DNA of 64,000 nt, from assembly GCA_013239625.1 (NCBI GenBank), contig MU053881.1, forward strand, positions 1,240,001 to 1,304,000, given 5' to 3'. The notes under the pieces are model-generated. The model was not told the DNA's origin. It saw nothing but the letters and a program-made list of their open reading frames with translations, and ran no database searches. A program made the translations under genes and the position numbers. The DNA is from Lama guanicoe. Its lineage: Eukaryota. This document shows, one piece after another, positions 41,010-55,200 of this stretch (position 1 is its first letter; each line of letters starts with the position of its first letter).

Positions 41010-41670
41010 CAATAAAATGTTTTGTCAAGAAAGTGGATAAACTGTAATCTACATGCATAGCTGATGGGAATGTAAAACAGTACAACTGCTCTGGCAAACC
41101 GTTCAGTAGTTGCTTAAAAAGTTGAACCACCTCACCACGTGACCCAGCAATTCCATCCTAAGTATATACCCAAGAGAAATGAAACATATGCCAACATAAA
41201 AACTTTTATACAAATGCTCATAGCAGTAGTATTCATAATAGCCAAAAATGGAAACTCAAATAGCCATGCATGGATGAATGGATAAACAAAATGTGATTAT
41301 ATCCATATCATAAAAAGGAATGAGGTACTGATACATGTTACAACAAGGCTGAATCTTGAAAATATGCTAAGTAAAAGAAGCCAGATAGAAAGAGCTACAC
41401 ACTGTATGATTCCATGCACATGGAATGTCCAGAATAGTCAAATTCATAGAGACAGAAAGTAGATTAGCAGTATCCAGGGGTTAGGAGGAGGCAGGAATGT
41501 GGAGGGATGCTAACTGATATTGGATTCCTTTCCAAGGTGACGAAAATACTCTAAAATTAGGGGTAATGGTTGAAGATCCCTGTGAACATACTTAAAATCA
41601 CTGAACTGTTCACTTTAGAAGCATGAATTTTATACTATGTGAATTATACCTCAATATAGTTGTTTAAAAA
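41010..41670 (+). mobile_element. Second L1M-type 3' end
   Basis: GACCCAGCAATTCC...GGATGAATGGATAAACAAAATG...GAATTATACCTCAAT. Confidence 0.75.
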
Positions 41671-42624
41671 AGAGACAGAAAAAGCAACAATTCCCAGATG
41701 GCAGTCCCATAAGATCCAATCCCTCCCTGCCCCAGATAAATGACTCTGTGATTAGCAATGGCTGACTGAAAAAAAAAGAGTCTAGAGAGACAGAGGAGGA
41801 ATTCTACCAAAGAGCCTAAAGATGAGCTGAAGTGACCACCAGAGAGATTAATCCCATTTTGAACTGAAAAATATGAAAAAAATAACCAAGATGATCAGAA
41901 CAGGAGTACGGGAAAAACAGAGAGCTTAATTTAAATTCCCAGTTTACACCACTAGAAAAACTAAGTAAATGGAAGAAAAGCTATAGAAGAAAATAAGAAT
42001 TAAAAATGGGAATCAATAATGAAAAGAATTGATATCTCTATCCAAATAAATATGAAAACCTATATGAAGCAGATAATTTCTTAGAGAAATACAGGTTACC
42101 AAAACTGACTCCAATAGAATTAGAAAGTTGGAACAGACCACTTTTCATTGAAAATTTAAATTTATTTAAATTTAAATTATATTAATTTTAATTTTTTATT
42201 AAATTAATTTAAAGTTATTAAAGAGCAAGACTGTAATAAAAAAGGCACTGGAAAATTCTATCAAACTTTGAAGGACCAGAGAGTCCTAGTGCCATATAAA
42301 TTACTCCAGTGCATTGAAAATAAAGGAAAAGTCCCTAATTCCTTAATAAAGGAAATATATTGCAACTTAAACCAGATAATGACAACACAAAGAAAGAAAA
42401 CTACATGCTAGTATCAGTTATAAATATCAATGCAAACATTCTAAGAAAATTATTTTCAGCAAACAGTTCCAACATGTTATTCTAGGGATGCAAGGATGGT
42501 TCACTATTAGGAAATTCATTAACATCATATAGTTTCCTCTTCTACCCACTGGGTTAAGACCAGAAATCATCTCCCACTCACCTGTGAATCCTCATTATGG
42601 CACTCAAATTACATATACAACATT

Positions 42625-42960
42625 TTTTTAAATTTTATTATTTTTATTGAATGAAAGATTCTTTAAATTCTATAGTGCTTTATAATTTTTACCATTTTCA
42701 AAACTTTCACGCACATGATTTCATATAATCCCATAATAAACTCCATTTTTCCCCACCCATATATTGTCTCTCCCCCCTCCCTCTTCCTAGTGGTAACCAC
42801 TAGTTTGTTCCTTTATGTCTGTGAGTCTCTTTCGTTTTTGTTTTATTCACTAGTTTGTTGTATGTTTTAGATTCTACATATAAGCGAACCACAGAGTATT
42901 TGTTTTTCTCTGAGTTATTTCACTTATCATAATGCCCTCCAAGTCCATCCATGTTGCTGC
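42625..42960 (-). mobile_element. L1 3'-end fragment
   Basis: TCCATCCATGTTGCTGC and GGTAACCACTAGTTTG 3' UTR motifs with a T-rich tail. Confidence 0.7.
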
Positions 42961-45350
42961 ACTCAGAGTTTTCCCTTCAGGGACATGTTCTCAACCCTGA
43001 GGAGGACTCGACACACCACGAGGTGGCCTTGGGGTATCTGGAAACATCTGGACTCCAGTCATAATTTCCATTCTGTTTAATCCAACCAGCACTTCACTCA
43101 GGAAGGGGGACTCCGCGTCCACCAGAGGCTCCCAAGGCGAACGGGACGGGAACAGTCCCTCCTTCCCTCCCTCTGATCATTCACGCCAGACTCGGCCCAC
43201 ACCTGCCGGTGGCCCTGACGCCCATCCTAACCCTCCTCTGGTTCCCTGCTGCCTGTGTTCTCTGTTTACTTTGTGACAGTTTCCAGTAGTTCCCACAAAA
43301 TTAGAACATTTCTCCCAAATGACAGTTACAAGATTGACAAGTGTGGTTCCCACCTCAAAAAATCTCAACTCGAGTGGGAAGGAAGCTCTCCCCTAAAGTG
43401 TGGGGGCTTTAGGGATCGACACAGCCTGTCCCACAGCCCCTCTGCTGGGCCCCCATGGGGAGGGGCCAACACTGACCCGTCTGGACCCGACCACAGCCTC
43501 AGACAAGACCTCCCACGTCTGCCAACTGGCTCCACGTGGGCTGCAGGCTGATCCGTGCGGAAGATGAGCCTGGGCCTGTGGCCAGGCTACCTCAACTCTC
43601 AGAGGCCGTGCCTGGCTCCCAGGCAGACCAGGTCCTGTGACAGGGCTCCAGGCTCAGCGTGATCTGGTCCTTGTTCCTCCCTCCTCGCTCCATCTGCACC
43701 TGCTGCCTGCCTCTCTCTGGACTCACACACGCCCTTTCCTGAGTCTGAACGCTTCTCCACATCCTGAGAGTGGTCCTTGCTGGCGGAAGCCTTTGCTGAC
43801 ACCGGCCCTCCTCTTCCACGTTCTCACCGCACCTGCAGCTCTCCCGCAGGGTCCCCACCAGACCCTGTCACTCCACACCCCTGGGTGCACCGAGCTCATG
43901 AACACCTGTCTGCCCCTCGACTGAGCTCCGCCAGGGCAGGACCTGCGTCCTTCTGCCCAAGGCTGCACCGCCAGTGCCCAGCACGGAACTCACTCACCGT
44001 CTACTACGGGACTGGAAAGCGGGGGGCGAGGGTTGGAACCTGGGTCCCCCAGAGCCTAGGCCTCCCCGATTCCACAGCTCTCAGCCCCCAACTTCCACAG
44101 CAGCCACCTCTGCCGTTTCTCTCCCCTGGTGACTTCTTCTCAGGCTCAGCCACAGATTCCTCCTTCTTAACCCACCTCATAAACGGGGAGGTCTCCTGGG
44201 ACTCTGTCCTCACCTGCTCAGCTCAAGGCTCCAAGCGCCACCTTTGCCCGCCAGCTCCCTGACCACCCTGTTGAGTCCCAACCCCGTTTACCTCCCACAA
44301 CTGTCCCCCGGCGACCTCTACCCGTATTTCACTCACATCTCAAATGAAACCCATCCCACACCAAATTCACCCTGCACCCTTAACAAAGGGGCCCCTCTCT
44401 TCCCTCCTGACCCCCTGCACGTGCCTTCCTCCAGGCCCTAGTAGCGCAGCGATCTCCACAAGGGTCCCACCCCCAGTTTCTCCTCACTTCAGTTCTAAGA
44501 TCCAACATTTCCCAAGTGACCATTCTTGTTAAACACAAATCACATAATAAGGACTCCAGGAACATACTCTCCGAAAAATTACAAACATTACCTGTAAATG
44601 AAGTCCCCTTTCATCACACCCATTTTCAGCCCCGCTCCAAATGTAACTAGTTACCAGCTCAGAGGTGTCCCCTGACCTCCTCTGGGCACTGGCCATACTA
44701 CACGTACAGACACCCACGTAAGTTTCTTCACACATCAACAGCGACACGTCTTACTGACGCTCCATGACTTGCTTTAGTCCTTCACGTGCCCTGTTGCTCT
44801 GTCCACATCACTGCTCTTGCTCTCTGACTGCGGGGCTGTGGGCCAGCGCAGGGGCCCATCTCAGCTTCTAGCTCTGCCTTTACTGAAGGACACTTAAAGT
44901 GTTTCGACTCAGACCACTTTTTCTAAAATCTCAAGGATACAGGGTTCTCCTATTCAAAATCCTTGACTTACTCTCTCTTGTCAGTGGGCAGTTCACATCT
45001 CAGAAATGTACCAAAGCACCTGTCTGTCTAGTCTCATTTCCTTCCTCATCTCTTTTCCCACAGAAGCTGGGCTGGAGTCAGAATGGATTCTCTGCGAATC
45101 CTCAAATACACTGTTTGCTGAATGAATACATGAAAGTGGAGCCCTCCTCTGAAACAACAGGAAAGAGAAGAAAAAAGCTCCTGAGAGATTCGCCTGTGCA
45201 GTGATTACCAGAGCAGAAGAGGAAGCTTAGCCTCCCTTCTCCAGCGCTTCCGGGGACCGCGAACCTGGAGAAACCTTCCCGAGCAGCATCCCCAAGCCGC
45301 ACCCCCACTCACCCCCAGACGGCCGCCTGCAGACGTCCCCACCCACTCAC

Positions 45351-45446
45351 CTAGAGAGGCGCCTCCGGGACTGTCTCTCCCCACCTTCCAGGGGTCCTCT
45401 CCCTGCTGCAACAGGGAGATCACTTTGGGTTTGGAGAACGGGAGCC
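45351..45446 (-). CDS. ZNF354B: ZNF354B KRAB-B exon
   Basis: 96 nt with AG acceptor and GTGAGT donor; reads [31 protein letters not shown]. Confidence 0.92.
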
Positions 45447-45841
45447 CTGCTCATAGACAAAAAAGAGGAAACAAACAATAAAAAAATGAAAACAACAAAA
45501 AAAAACCTTGGTTTTGACACAAAGAGGTATCAGAGATCTGAGGGGAAACTCAGAGGACAATACAAGGAGCTTCTGTGGGTGTTCAGGCTGCGTCCCCACG
45601 ACTGAGGGGGTGTGTTAGGGAAACGGCGAGGGGCTCGTAGGACACACCCGGGTACTGAGTAGTTGTGTGTCGGGGAAATAGGATAAACACGCAGCCTTGA
45701 AACCATTAGCTTTCCACAGAAAGGGAAATGTTAGATGTACAGACAAAAGTGATATTTGTAACAGGTACGTATGGAAAGGATTATGTACCAGGCAGTTCGT
45801 TTAAAATGAGAAAACACTATGTGATTCCATCTGAAAAATGG

Positions 45842-46032
45842 TAGCAGTCAGCAAACTACGGGTCATAGGCCAAATCTAGGCCACTCTCTGTTTATACATG
45901 GCCCTTGAGGAAAGAATGGTTGAAAAAAAAGGAAAGAAAGGAATGGAGTATGTCACAGAGACCATATGTGGCCCACAAAGCCTAAATTATTTACTCCCTG
46001 GCCCTTTACAGAAAGAGTTTGCTGCTTCCTGG
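45842..46032. mobile_element. MER58-like hAT DNA transposon
   Basis: CAGCAAACTACGG...GGCCCTTTACAGAAAGAGTTTGCTG. Confidence 0.65.
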
Positions 46033-46275
46033 GAAAGAGAACTGGGAAACGCAAGCGGTGGGTCAGAGAAGAGGGTGGAGGCACGCTCTGTAGAAATGAG
46101 TGAACAACACATCACAGAACAGTCACAGTGCGAAATGTTTCCTGAACTATGAGGGAACGTCTAACGTGCAGCTCTGTAGATTTTCCCGACCACGGGGCGA
46201 TTCCATGTCTATCGGGGTGAAAAGGTTTTAAATTTATTTATGGACTCCGAATTGTAAGTGCTAAGGCAAAACTCA

Positions 46276-46602
<327 letters not shown>

Positions 46603-47109
46603 CTAGGTTCTGAAGGTTCCGGGTCATTTGTTTAGTGAACAACTGACCAGTGACAAACATACCCCGAGTCGCATGAAGTATGAAGTGGTCTTGTGTTAAC
46701 CAGTACAAGAGATGTATGGCGGTATTAAGGCCACTAGTGGGAGTGTTAACTAGAATAATCTTCCTGATGGCAATTTGATAACAGACATTAAGAGCTTTAA
46801 TTTTTTTTAATTGAAGTACAATTACAATGTGTCAATTTCTGGTGTACAGCACAATGTCCCATTCATGCATATACATATATATATATATTCATTTCCATAT
46901 TTTATAAGCTTTAAAATGTGCCTATTCTTTAACTCTCCAATTACTGTATTTGTTTCATAATGAACAGTGCACAAAAATGCACACAAAAGGACTTTATCAT
47001 GGCATTAGTAACAGCAAAAAAGGTAGAAACAACCTGAATAATCACTGATGGAGGCTAGGTTAAATAACTTAAAGCACTGTCTGTGTCTTCCTTGAAGTCT
47101 GCGGATGGT

Positions 47110-47390
47110 AATGATGGAAATGAAAAGCGCTATCATGTATCGGCTTTCTTCAGGCCAAGTACTATTCTTAGAGCTTTGCATTAATTTTTTGTGTAAATCT
47201 TTATTTTCTCTTCACAACAACCCTTATGAAGAAGATACTCATATTGTCCCCATTTTATACAAGAGAAAACAAAGTCACAGAGAGGATAAAAATTTGTCTG
47301 AAGTCACATAGCTGGTCAGTGGTAGTGCTGGGATTCCACTCCAGGTTGATGTCTGAGGCTCCATTCTGAACCACTCTGCAAAACTGCCTC
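47110..47390 (-). mobile_element. MIR SINE
   Basis: TCTTCACAACAACCCTTATGAAG...CCCATTTTATAC...GTCACATAGCTGGTCAGTGG core. Confidence 0.7.
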
Positions 47391-48236
47391 TCAAAACCTA
47401 CCAAATGTTAATAAATGAATGAAATATTCCATACAATGTACTTAAAACCATACTTAGCTGATATTTAAGGTTCAGATGTCATCTTTCATCCCATCAATAC
47501 AAAGTACTATGCAATTATTAAAATTGACAGTATAATACCGTTGACTTAAAAAGACATTCGTAATAACGTTAAGTACAAAAAGCAGGTTACATATCAGTAT
47601 GTATAGTTTGTTCCCATTTTTGAAAAAAATTATGTATGTACATAGAAAATGATGTTGGGAGATGGGTAACAAATGGCTGACAGCGATTATCCCCTGATGG
47701 TGGGGTAAGGGTTATTTTTTTTTTGCATATATGGGAAAAAAACACTCAAATACACATACATACACACATCTGTGCATATATGTACATGTACACGCATATA
47801 TATGTGCACATTTTATTCTCTAAAGTTTTTTGCCAAGTCTTCGTGCAATATTTTGACTGTAAGAAAAAGCTTTAAATTATTGACACATGAGGAGGAATAC
47901 AAGAAATGATCTTTACTGTCAAAGAATTTATAATCTAACTAGCACAGAAGAAAAATGCACAAATTTGAACAATAAAGGAAAAACGTGTAGCTGGATAAGA
48001 CCAGCTCCTTTAGTCCTCATTTTAGAGACAAAGAACAGAAGGTTCAAGGCAGTCAAGATTCCGGGTCACATTCTTTATTAAAGGCAGAGACAGGATAACT
48101 AAAATTTTCTTTTAATGTAGCATTTGGTATAGTCTCTCCATTCTTAAACGTTGTCACTGAATTTTACACACCAGCCCACCCAGAACTGACATACGGGTAG
48201 CAGACTAGGTTAAAGAGGATATCATATAGGACTCAC

Positions 48237-48272
48237 AGCAGAGAAGACTCTGGGCAAGAGAGCAGCTCGGCT
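48237..48272 (-). other. Candidate 36-nt non-coding exon 2 of ZNF354B
   Basis: Strong acceptor TTCATTCCTTTCCAACAG and donor GCT|GTGAGT; contains no ATG. Confidence 0.45.
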
Positions 48273-48939
48273 CTGTTGGAAAGGAATGAAAAAGTCTTAG
48301 AAAAAAGCAGCCCAAATATGCAAAGGCAGGTCCTAGCCACAGCCTCAGAAGACCAACCACCACCACTTTTCGTGGGTCCAAAAGATACACACCACCACAC
48401 TGCAGAAGAGCTCTCTGGTAACACAGGGGCTGGGCCCACCCTGTGTTCTGAAAGATGCACCAGACGAACGGCTGGACGATAACTAGCATGAACTCAGAGG
48501 CCAGACATACCTGAGTTTGATTTCAGGTCACCTACTTTATTGAGCCTCAGTTTCCTCATGTGTAAAATGGGGGTAATAACTGTTGCGCTGTTACGAGAGT
48601 GAGAACAAAGGTGAAGCCCTCGGGACATTCCCCAGCAATGTCAATTATCATTCTCAGAGGAAGGTGAGTAAAGGGAAAAAATTTTTTTCAGCTTTATTTA
48701 TGGAGATCCCATTTGTACAGTGTTAAGGCAAAAGATGAGAAACAATTACAAATTTTTAAAGAAAGCTGGTTCGGAAAGAGTAACGACTTCCGTGGCAAGG
48801 AGGGGGGCTGCTGTTACAGAAACCAAAGCCCTGGGTTCCCGTCCTGGCTCTGCCACCAGGGGAAGTCGGCAACTCATGTTTCGTGCAAAACAGGCCATTA
48901 CGCCTGTCACCCAGGAGGGCAGTGGCGATGCTAAAGGGA

Positions 48940-49720
48940 GGAAATCATTTTCACGTCCGCTGCCGTCCGGGGGCAAATTCAAGGCCGGCCGGGGCCAGGC
49001 CGGGAGCGCGCCGGCAGCGGGTCGGGAGGAAGCAGAAGGGGCCGGGCCGGTGCGGGCCAAGTGCCCGACCCGCCGCGTCAGGGGCAGGGGCGCGGCCGCG
49101 GGAGCGCTGGCGGGGCCGAGGCACGGAGCCCGGGGGCCGGGTCCTCGGCCCGCCGGCGCCCACAAAGGCCCGGCTCGCGCCCCTCGGGCCTGCGCCCCGC
49201 GCTGCGTCCTCCCGAGGCCCGCTCCTCCCTCCCGCATCCCGCCGCCGCTCCGCCGCTCACCTCGCCCGGGCTCCGGGGCTTCCAGGGGCCGCAGGCGGGA
49301 GGCTCGGGAACCGCCCGGGCCGGACAGCAGCCTCGAGACGGGCCACTCCCGGGGTGAAGCCTGGGCGGACCTGAAGCCGGGACACCCCTCACGCCCGCGG
49401 CAAACGCCCGGCGACCCACGCAGGTCCGGGGGGCGGGGCAGGGACCGTCGCTAGCCCCTCTGGGAAATGTAGTCCACGCGAGGACCCACGGATTCTGGGA
49501 AGTGTAGTTCTCCGCACTCGTCTGCGAGGGGAGGCCTGGCTGAACCTGTCACGTGCCCAGACCGCATTCTGGCCTCGCCGCAGCGCATCTTCGACTGCGG
49601 GTTCCTGGGTTCCCGGTTCTTCCGGAAGGAAAGAGAGGCTCGCCGAGGGCAGCGTCGTGTAGCTCGGCATCTGCGAAAATGACAGTAAGCAAGTAGACAA
49701 TCGCCGAGAACACACCTGTT
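48940..49720. promoter_or_regulatory. CpG-island promoter and exon 1 of ZNF354B with two ZNF143 motifs
   Basis: Donor GAG|GTGAGC at 49261/49260. Minus-strand GGACTACATTTCCCAGAGGGGC (49454-49475) and GAACTACACTTCCCAGAATCC (49490-49510). Confidence 0.85.
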
Positions 49721-52029
49721 TCCCCTTCAGTCTTTCAACAGAAGTGTGTTGAGCACCTGCTGTGTGCCAAGCCCTCCCTGTTGTAAAGGATTTGAAATTC
49801 GTCAGTGAACAGAACAGAGATCATTGCTCTGGGGAACTTTTTTGGGAGGTAGGAAGAGACTATAGGCCATAAACATAATTATATAACATTTATGATTATG
49901 TATTATAACATAATTATATAACACAGGAGATAAGTATTATAGGAAAAAGCTAACGGAAAACAGGGTCGGGAGGATTGGGGGCCATTCAGAGAGAGTGAGT
50001 AGGGTGCCCCCTGGCCGGCCTCACTTAGAGGATGAAAATGCAGATTCTGAAGCAGTTGGAGGAAGGGAGGGCCATTCTAGAAACTAAGAAGGCAATTTTT
50101 TTTTTTTTTGGTGGAGAGACGCGTATCCCATTTAGAATGTTCGATAAATACAAATAAACGGTTAATGTGTTGGTGAACATCTTTAACAGCCCTTTGGAAC
50201 TCCTTATTACTCTCCGACACTCACACCAGTCCGGCGTCAACAAAACGGAGTATTGCGGATAATATTTGCAGATAGCAGTTACAGCCTATTTTGGTTTCTT
50301 CCCCACTTCGAAAATGCCTTAAATATTTGAACTTGCCAATAAAATTCTCCCTTAGTAGCGTTCTCAATGATTTAAGTGCATTCCATTGCATTTAATTAGT
50401 TTTTTTGTTAAACATATTTAAGCTTATTTTAAAGATATTTACCTAGACCCCTATTGTTAGTTATATTATTTCCAGAGTTTTTTTTCCTCCATTAATATCT
50501 TTATAGCTATATCTTAGAAGATTATTTTCTCAGTTTAAATTCCTTGAAGTTGAATTGCTGGGTCAGGGACTAGGAGAATTCTAAGTACATTGTCTAGCTG
50601 CCTTCCTGGGAGATTTTACAATTTATATTTCCATAAGCAGTTCCTGACACCCATGCCTACTTTGGGTTTTTTCTTTTTAAAATGATTAAAAAGATGCTTT
50701 TGTTTATTTGGTAGAGCAAAAATTTTATATCTTATTTGAAGTTCAATATGTCTTATATTTATTGAACCATTTAGATATTTTTCTATTAATTGCCTGTATA
50801 AGTACTTTAGCCATTTCCTAATGAAATATTCAAAATTTTGGGTTCATTTTTAAATACTATATATGCATATGTTTTTTTAAAGGGGAAAGTGCTTTGTGAT
50901 TTATCCTGACTATGAAAATAATGCACATAGTGTATGGAGTAAAAAAAATTTACACACGGTGTATGGAGTGAAGAAACGTAATAAATCCAGCAGAAACACT
51001 GATTACTTCTATTCATGTATGCTGTCGTGTGTACATTCCCACATTTGTGTGTAGGAAACAAAAATAGAACTGAATTTCTCATACTTTTAAAAATGTGAAC
51101 TATGTATGCACAAAGCCAATGAAAACATATAATCCAGTATAACATGTGATTATAAAGAGAACACCCCTGGAAGCATCCATCCAAGTTGAGCGGTCGCCCC
51201 TTACTACCAACCGCTCAGTACCTCCTTCCTGATCGCTAAGCAACTACTACCATAACTTTTGAGATAGACCTTCTTTTTCCTTTTGTTTATATTTTACCAC
51301 CCACTCATATATCCGTAAGTAATAGTTTTACCTGTTTTTAACTTGATATAACAGAATCATATGATTGTGTGTGTGTGCTTTGTTCTCCAAACATTTTGTC
51401 CAGTTTATCCTCATTATTGCACATAGCTTTACCATTTATACTCTGGTTGGAATTTGTGTTGTTTCCAAGTTTTAGCTATTAAGAACCATGGTAAAACAAA
51501 CTTAGTCACATATTATTGGTAGAATTTATGTGATGGTATGTGGGTGTTCACTGTAAGATTCTTTCAACTTTACTTTGTATTTGAAAAGTTTCATAATAAA
51601 ATGTTGGGAAAAACTCTGTATCTGGGGTTTCACCCCAAACGGAGTAGCCCCTTTCCTCCCAGGTCTTCCCTTTTACAACTAAGTACACCTGGACATAACA
51701 TAACAAACAAGCACTGGAAGGGTCTGTGGTGTGGCAGGAAGAAGGCAAACTCTGAGAATTTCAGGCTGGAGGAAGGACGCGTCGTAAATTCTGTTGTTTT
51801 CCTTATCACCTCCCACATCTCTCAGCCAGCCTGTGGTCGGAGCTTCCAAGCCAGAACCAGCAACAGACGCAGACAAAAAAAGCTGTGAGAAAAGGCTCTT
51901 CGTTGAAAAAACTGGGAAAAGGGTGACCTAAGACAGAAAACTTTTTTGGTAATACTCCCTTACTCCAACCAAACCCCAAAGGAAACCCCCACCGCCCACC
52001 CCCACCCCCACAAAGCCGAAGGAAGTAGT

Positions 52030-53085
52030 ACGTTTTTTCTCAAGCAGAAAGAAAAGGAACTGTGTCAACCATGAATTCCATATCTGGTGAAAATACAATT
52101 CAGGAGTAAAAGAGAAATAAAGACATTGTCAGGATAACTAAGACAAAGGCTAACAGAGTAGTCATTACTAGCGGGCCTCCCCTTTAAGAGTAACTGAAGG
52201 AAATATTCTAAACAAAGTAAACAATAACAGAAAAGGGCTTGGGACTGCAGAAAGAAAAAAAGAACGTCAAAATGGGTAAAAAAAGAGATAAAGTAGACGA
52301 TCCTACCTATGAGTTTCTTAAATCATAGGTGATGCTTGAAGCACAAATGATAGCAAAAATGATAGCACCATTGGTACCCAACGTATACAGAGCAAATACT
52401 TAAGACAATTATATTTCAAAAGTGGGGAAACAGATGGATCTAAGTGGAAGTAAGTGTCCTGCACTTCGCTGATTGATAATGCATGGATGTGTATTATACC
52501 TGGAGGAACCACTGAAGAAATTATACAAAGTGATATTGTCAAAAAGACTGTATCAATCAAGGTGGAAGTTTAAAATATGTTCAAGTTTGAAAAGGCCAGA
52601 GAAGAGAAACCGAAGAGCAAGAACCGTCAAACAGAAGACAAAGTTAAACAGGATCCTTTACTGCTCATTAGTCAAATGGCTCATGATAGACAAGATACCC
52701 ACCCTGTCTCGAGGTGGTTTTTTCCCCCCTCTTCATTTTCAAGTAAGAGTCATAATCGCTTTATAAAACATGCTGCTGTAACAAGCCAGTCACAGAAAGA
52801 CAATTACTGTGTGATTCTATGTGTGCAGGGAGGTACTTTGAGTCGTCAGAATCATGGAGACAGAAAGTAGAATGGTTGCCTGGGGCTAGGGGCGAGGAGC
52901 AGGGGGAACTTACTGTTTGGTGGGTACAGAGTTTTAGTTTTCCAAGATGAGGAGTTCTGGAGATGGATGGTGGTGATGGTTGCACAACAGTATGGATGTA
53001 TTTAATGCCGCTGAGCTGTGCACTTGAAAATGGTTCAGATTACCATCTTACACTAAATTGTATGTGCATTTTACCACAATAAAAT
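52030..53085 (+). mobile_element. L1M fragments (ORF1 C-terminus/inter-ORF region and an L1MB-like 3' end)
   Basis: ORF1-like REIKT relic near 52110; 3' UTR GGGTACAGAGTTTT...GGTGATGGTTGCACAAC and terminal AATAAA. Confidence 0.65.
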
Positions 53086-54049
53086 TTGGCGGGGCGGGAA
53101 ATGCTGCTGCAGACATTCTGCACATGCTGACGTACCTCTTCATGAGATTTTGTAGGGTTTGCAGAAGCCTGTGGGTACATTAAGACGTTGCCAGGGGTGC
53201 ATAGTTACTGATAGTTTTAAGGGAATGAATGTCGAGGCCACAATTTCCATTTGTGTTCCCTTCTTCTCATTCCCTTCAAATAGCCCTCTTCTCACTCATG
53301 AGAGGACTCTTAAAATACTGCAGTGCCCAAAGGTGTAAAACTCTCTGGGGTACCACACTCCAGAACTGCTGAAATGAATCTTTTCTAGGAAGACTCCTTT
53401 CCTGATTAATGGAAGACCTCAAACCTAGGGCTTCCCAGTCTTCAGTTACATTTCTGTAAATGGTGAGGTGTGGTGTTAGAAATGGGGCATACGGGCCCTT
53501 AGCAGGTCTGAAACCAGATACTTCAACAATTTGGGACTCATGGTAATTTGTTTTTTATTTTTTTAAACACCTTTATTTTGGTATGATTCCTGTACAGTAA
53601 ACTACACATATTTCAGATGGACAATTTGATGAATTTTGATAAATGTAGACACCAATGAAACCGCCACCACAATCAAGACAGCTAACATTTCCATCACTCC
53701 CAAGAGGTGCAGATTTCGAATGGGAATCATGGTAATTTTAAACAGCCCCTTCTCGTCTAGTCGACAAACACTGTCAAGTAATGTACTGCTTTTGAGAGAG
53801 AGTGTATGGTGAGAGCAAAGCAACGAGGGCTCTGGTAAACAAAATATCAGATGCTTATAATGGCACACATACCTGCACACACACGTGTGCACACCAGTTT
53901 TTTTCAAAAGCAAGCACTACTCTTCCGCAAGAGACGATGTGAAAAATCTTTCAAAATGGATGCCAGGAACCCTTAATGGGCTTACTTGCTGATGTCGCCT
54001 CTGTCTTCAGCTCTGCTCAGTATTCATCCACAGGAGGGTGCGTTGAGTA

Positions 54050-54705
54050 TCTGACCTGTGTTTTTTTCTACCACCAAGCAGTTAACTCAATTGAGACACT
54101 GTTTACCTGGAGACGGCATCAGGTCTCACAAGTTAAGGGTTCAGTCCCGTAAGACTGTCCGCCAGTCCTCAGCCCCACCCCCATTTCAGACACCAATCTC
54201 ACGCTCAGGTTGTGACCTGTGGTTCTGACCTACTGGTATAATTTGGAGGTTTCCACAGCCCCCTTCTCAAGTTTGATTAACTTGCTAGAGCTCCTCACAG
54301 AATTCAGGAAAACATTTTACTTCCAAACTAAATCACCAGTTTAGTATAAAAGGATATAATTCAGAAGTAGCTGGTGGAAGAGATGCACAGGGCAAAAGAT
54401 GGGGAAAAGATGCAGAACTTTCTTGCTCTCTCTGAGCACCACTCTCCCAGCACCTCCACCAGTTCACCAACATGGAAGCTCTCAGAAGCCCAGTCATTTT
54501 TGAGATTTTATAGAGGCTTTATCACACAGGCACGATTGAGTAAATCATTGGCCACTGGTGATTGCACTCAACCTCCAGCCCCTCTTCCCTCCCCTGAAAA
54601 TGAGGCATCGGGGGTGGGGCTACTTTCAACCCTCTAATCATATAGTTGGTTCCCCTGCAACCAGTCCCCATCCTTAGGTGTTTTCCAAAAATTATCTCTT
54701 TCATT
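54050..54705. mobile_element. MER21-like LTR
   Basis: CTGGAGACGGCATCAGGTCTCACAAGTTAAGGG...TTGATTAACTTGCTAGAG...TAAATCATTGGCCACTGGTGAT. Confidence 0.6.
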
Positions 54706-55200
54706 AGCCTCTTATTGCGTGTATAGTGGCATCTCATTGTACTTTTAGTTTGCACTGCCCTGAAGGCTGATGGTTTTGAGTCCCTTTTCATGTGTTTATG
54801 GGCCATCTGTATATGTTCTTTTGTGAAGTATCTGCTCAAGTCTCTTTCAAGTCACTATCTCACAGTTTTCAAACTGTGAAATATGATTTATTTGGGACCA
54901 GAGAATACAAGCAGGTCTGCAGGGAGTCAGGAACTGCAGCGATGTGGGATGCCCTCAACTAGAGCTGTTTTTCTTATTCTCCCAGCCATAAATTAAATTC
55001 TGTTAAACCTCTAGCTTCCATATAAACTTGAACTGTCCCTTAACCTTTTGGTCACATTAACTTAATTTAACTTCTCTTAGACTTTTTCTGGCAAATTCAG
55101 TTGTCTCAAACAATGGTTCTACAGGTAGGAAATGCCCCTGAAAGGCTTTGCTGAATTTTATCAAATTCAGATTGATAGAATTGATATCAAAACTGATATC

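Noticed and set aside
48720..49454. 244-aa and overlapping ORFs
   Set aside because: Same CpG-island artefact at the ZNF354B promoter.
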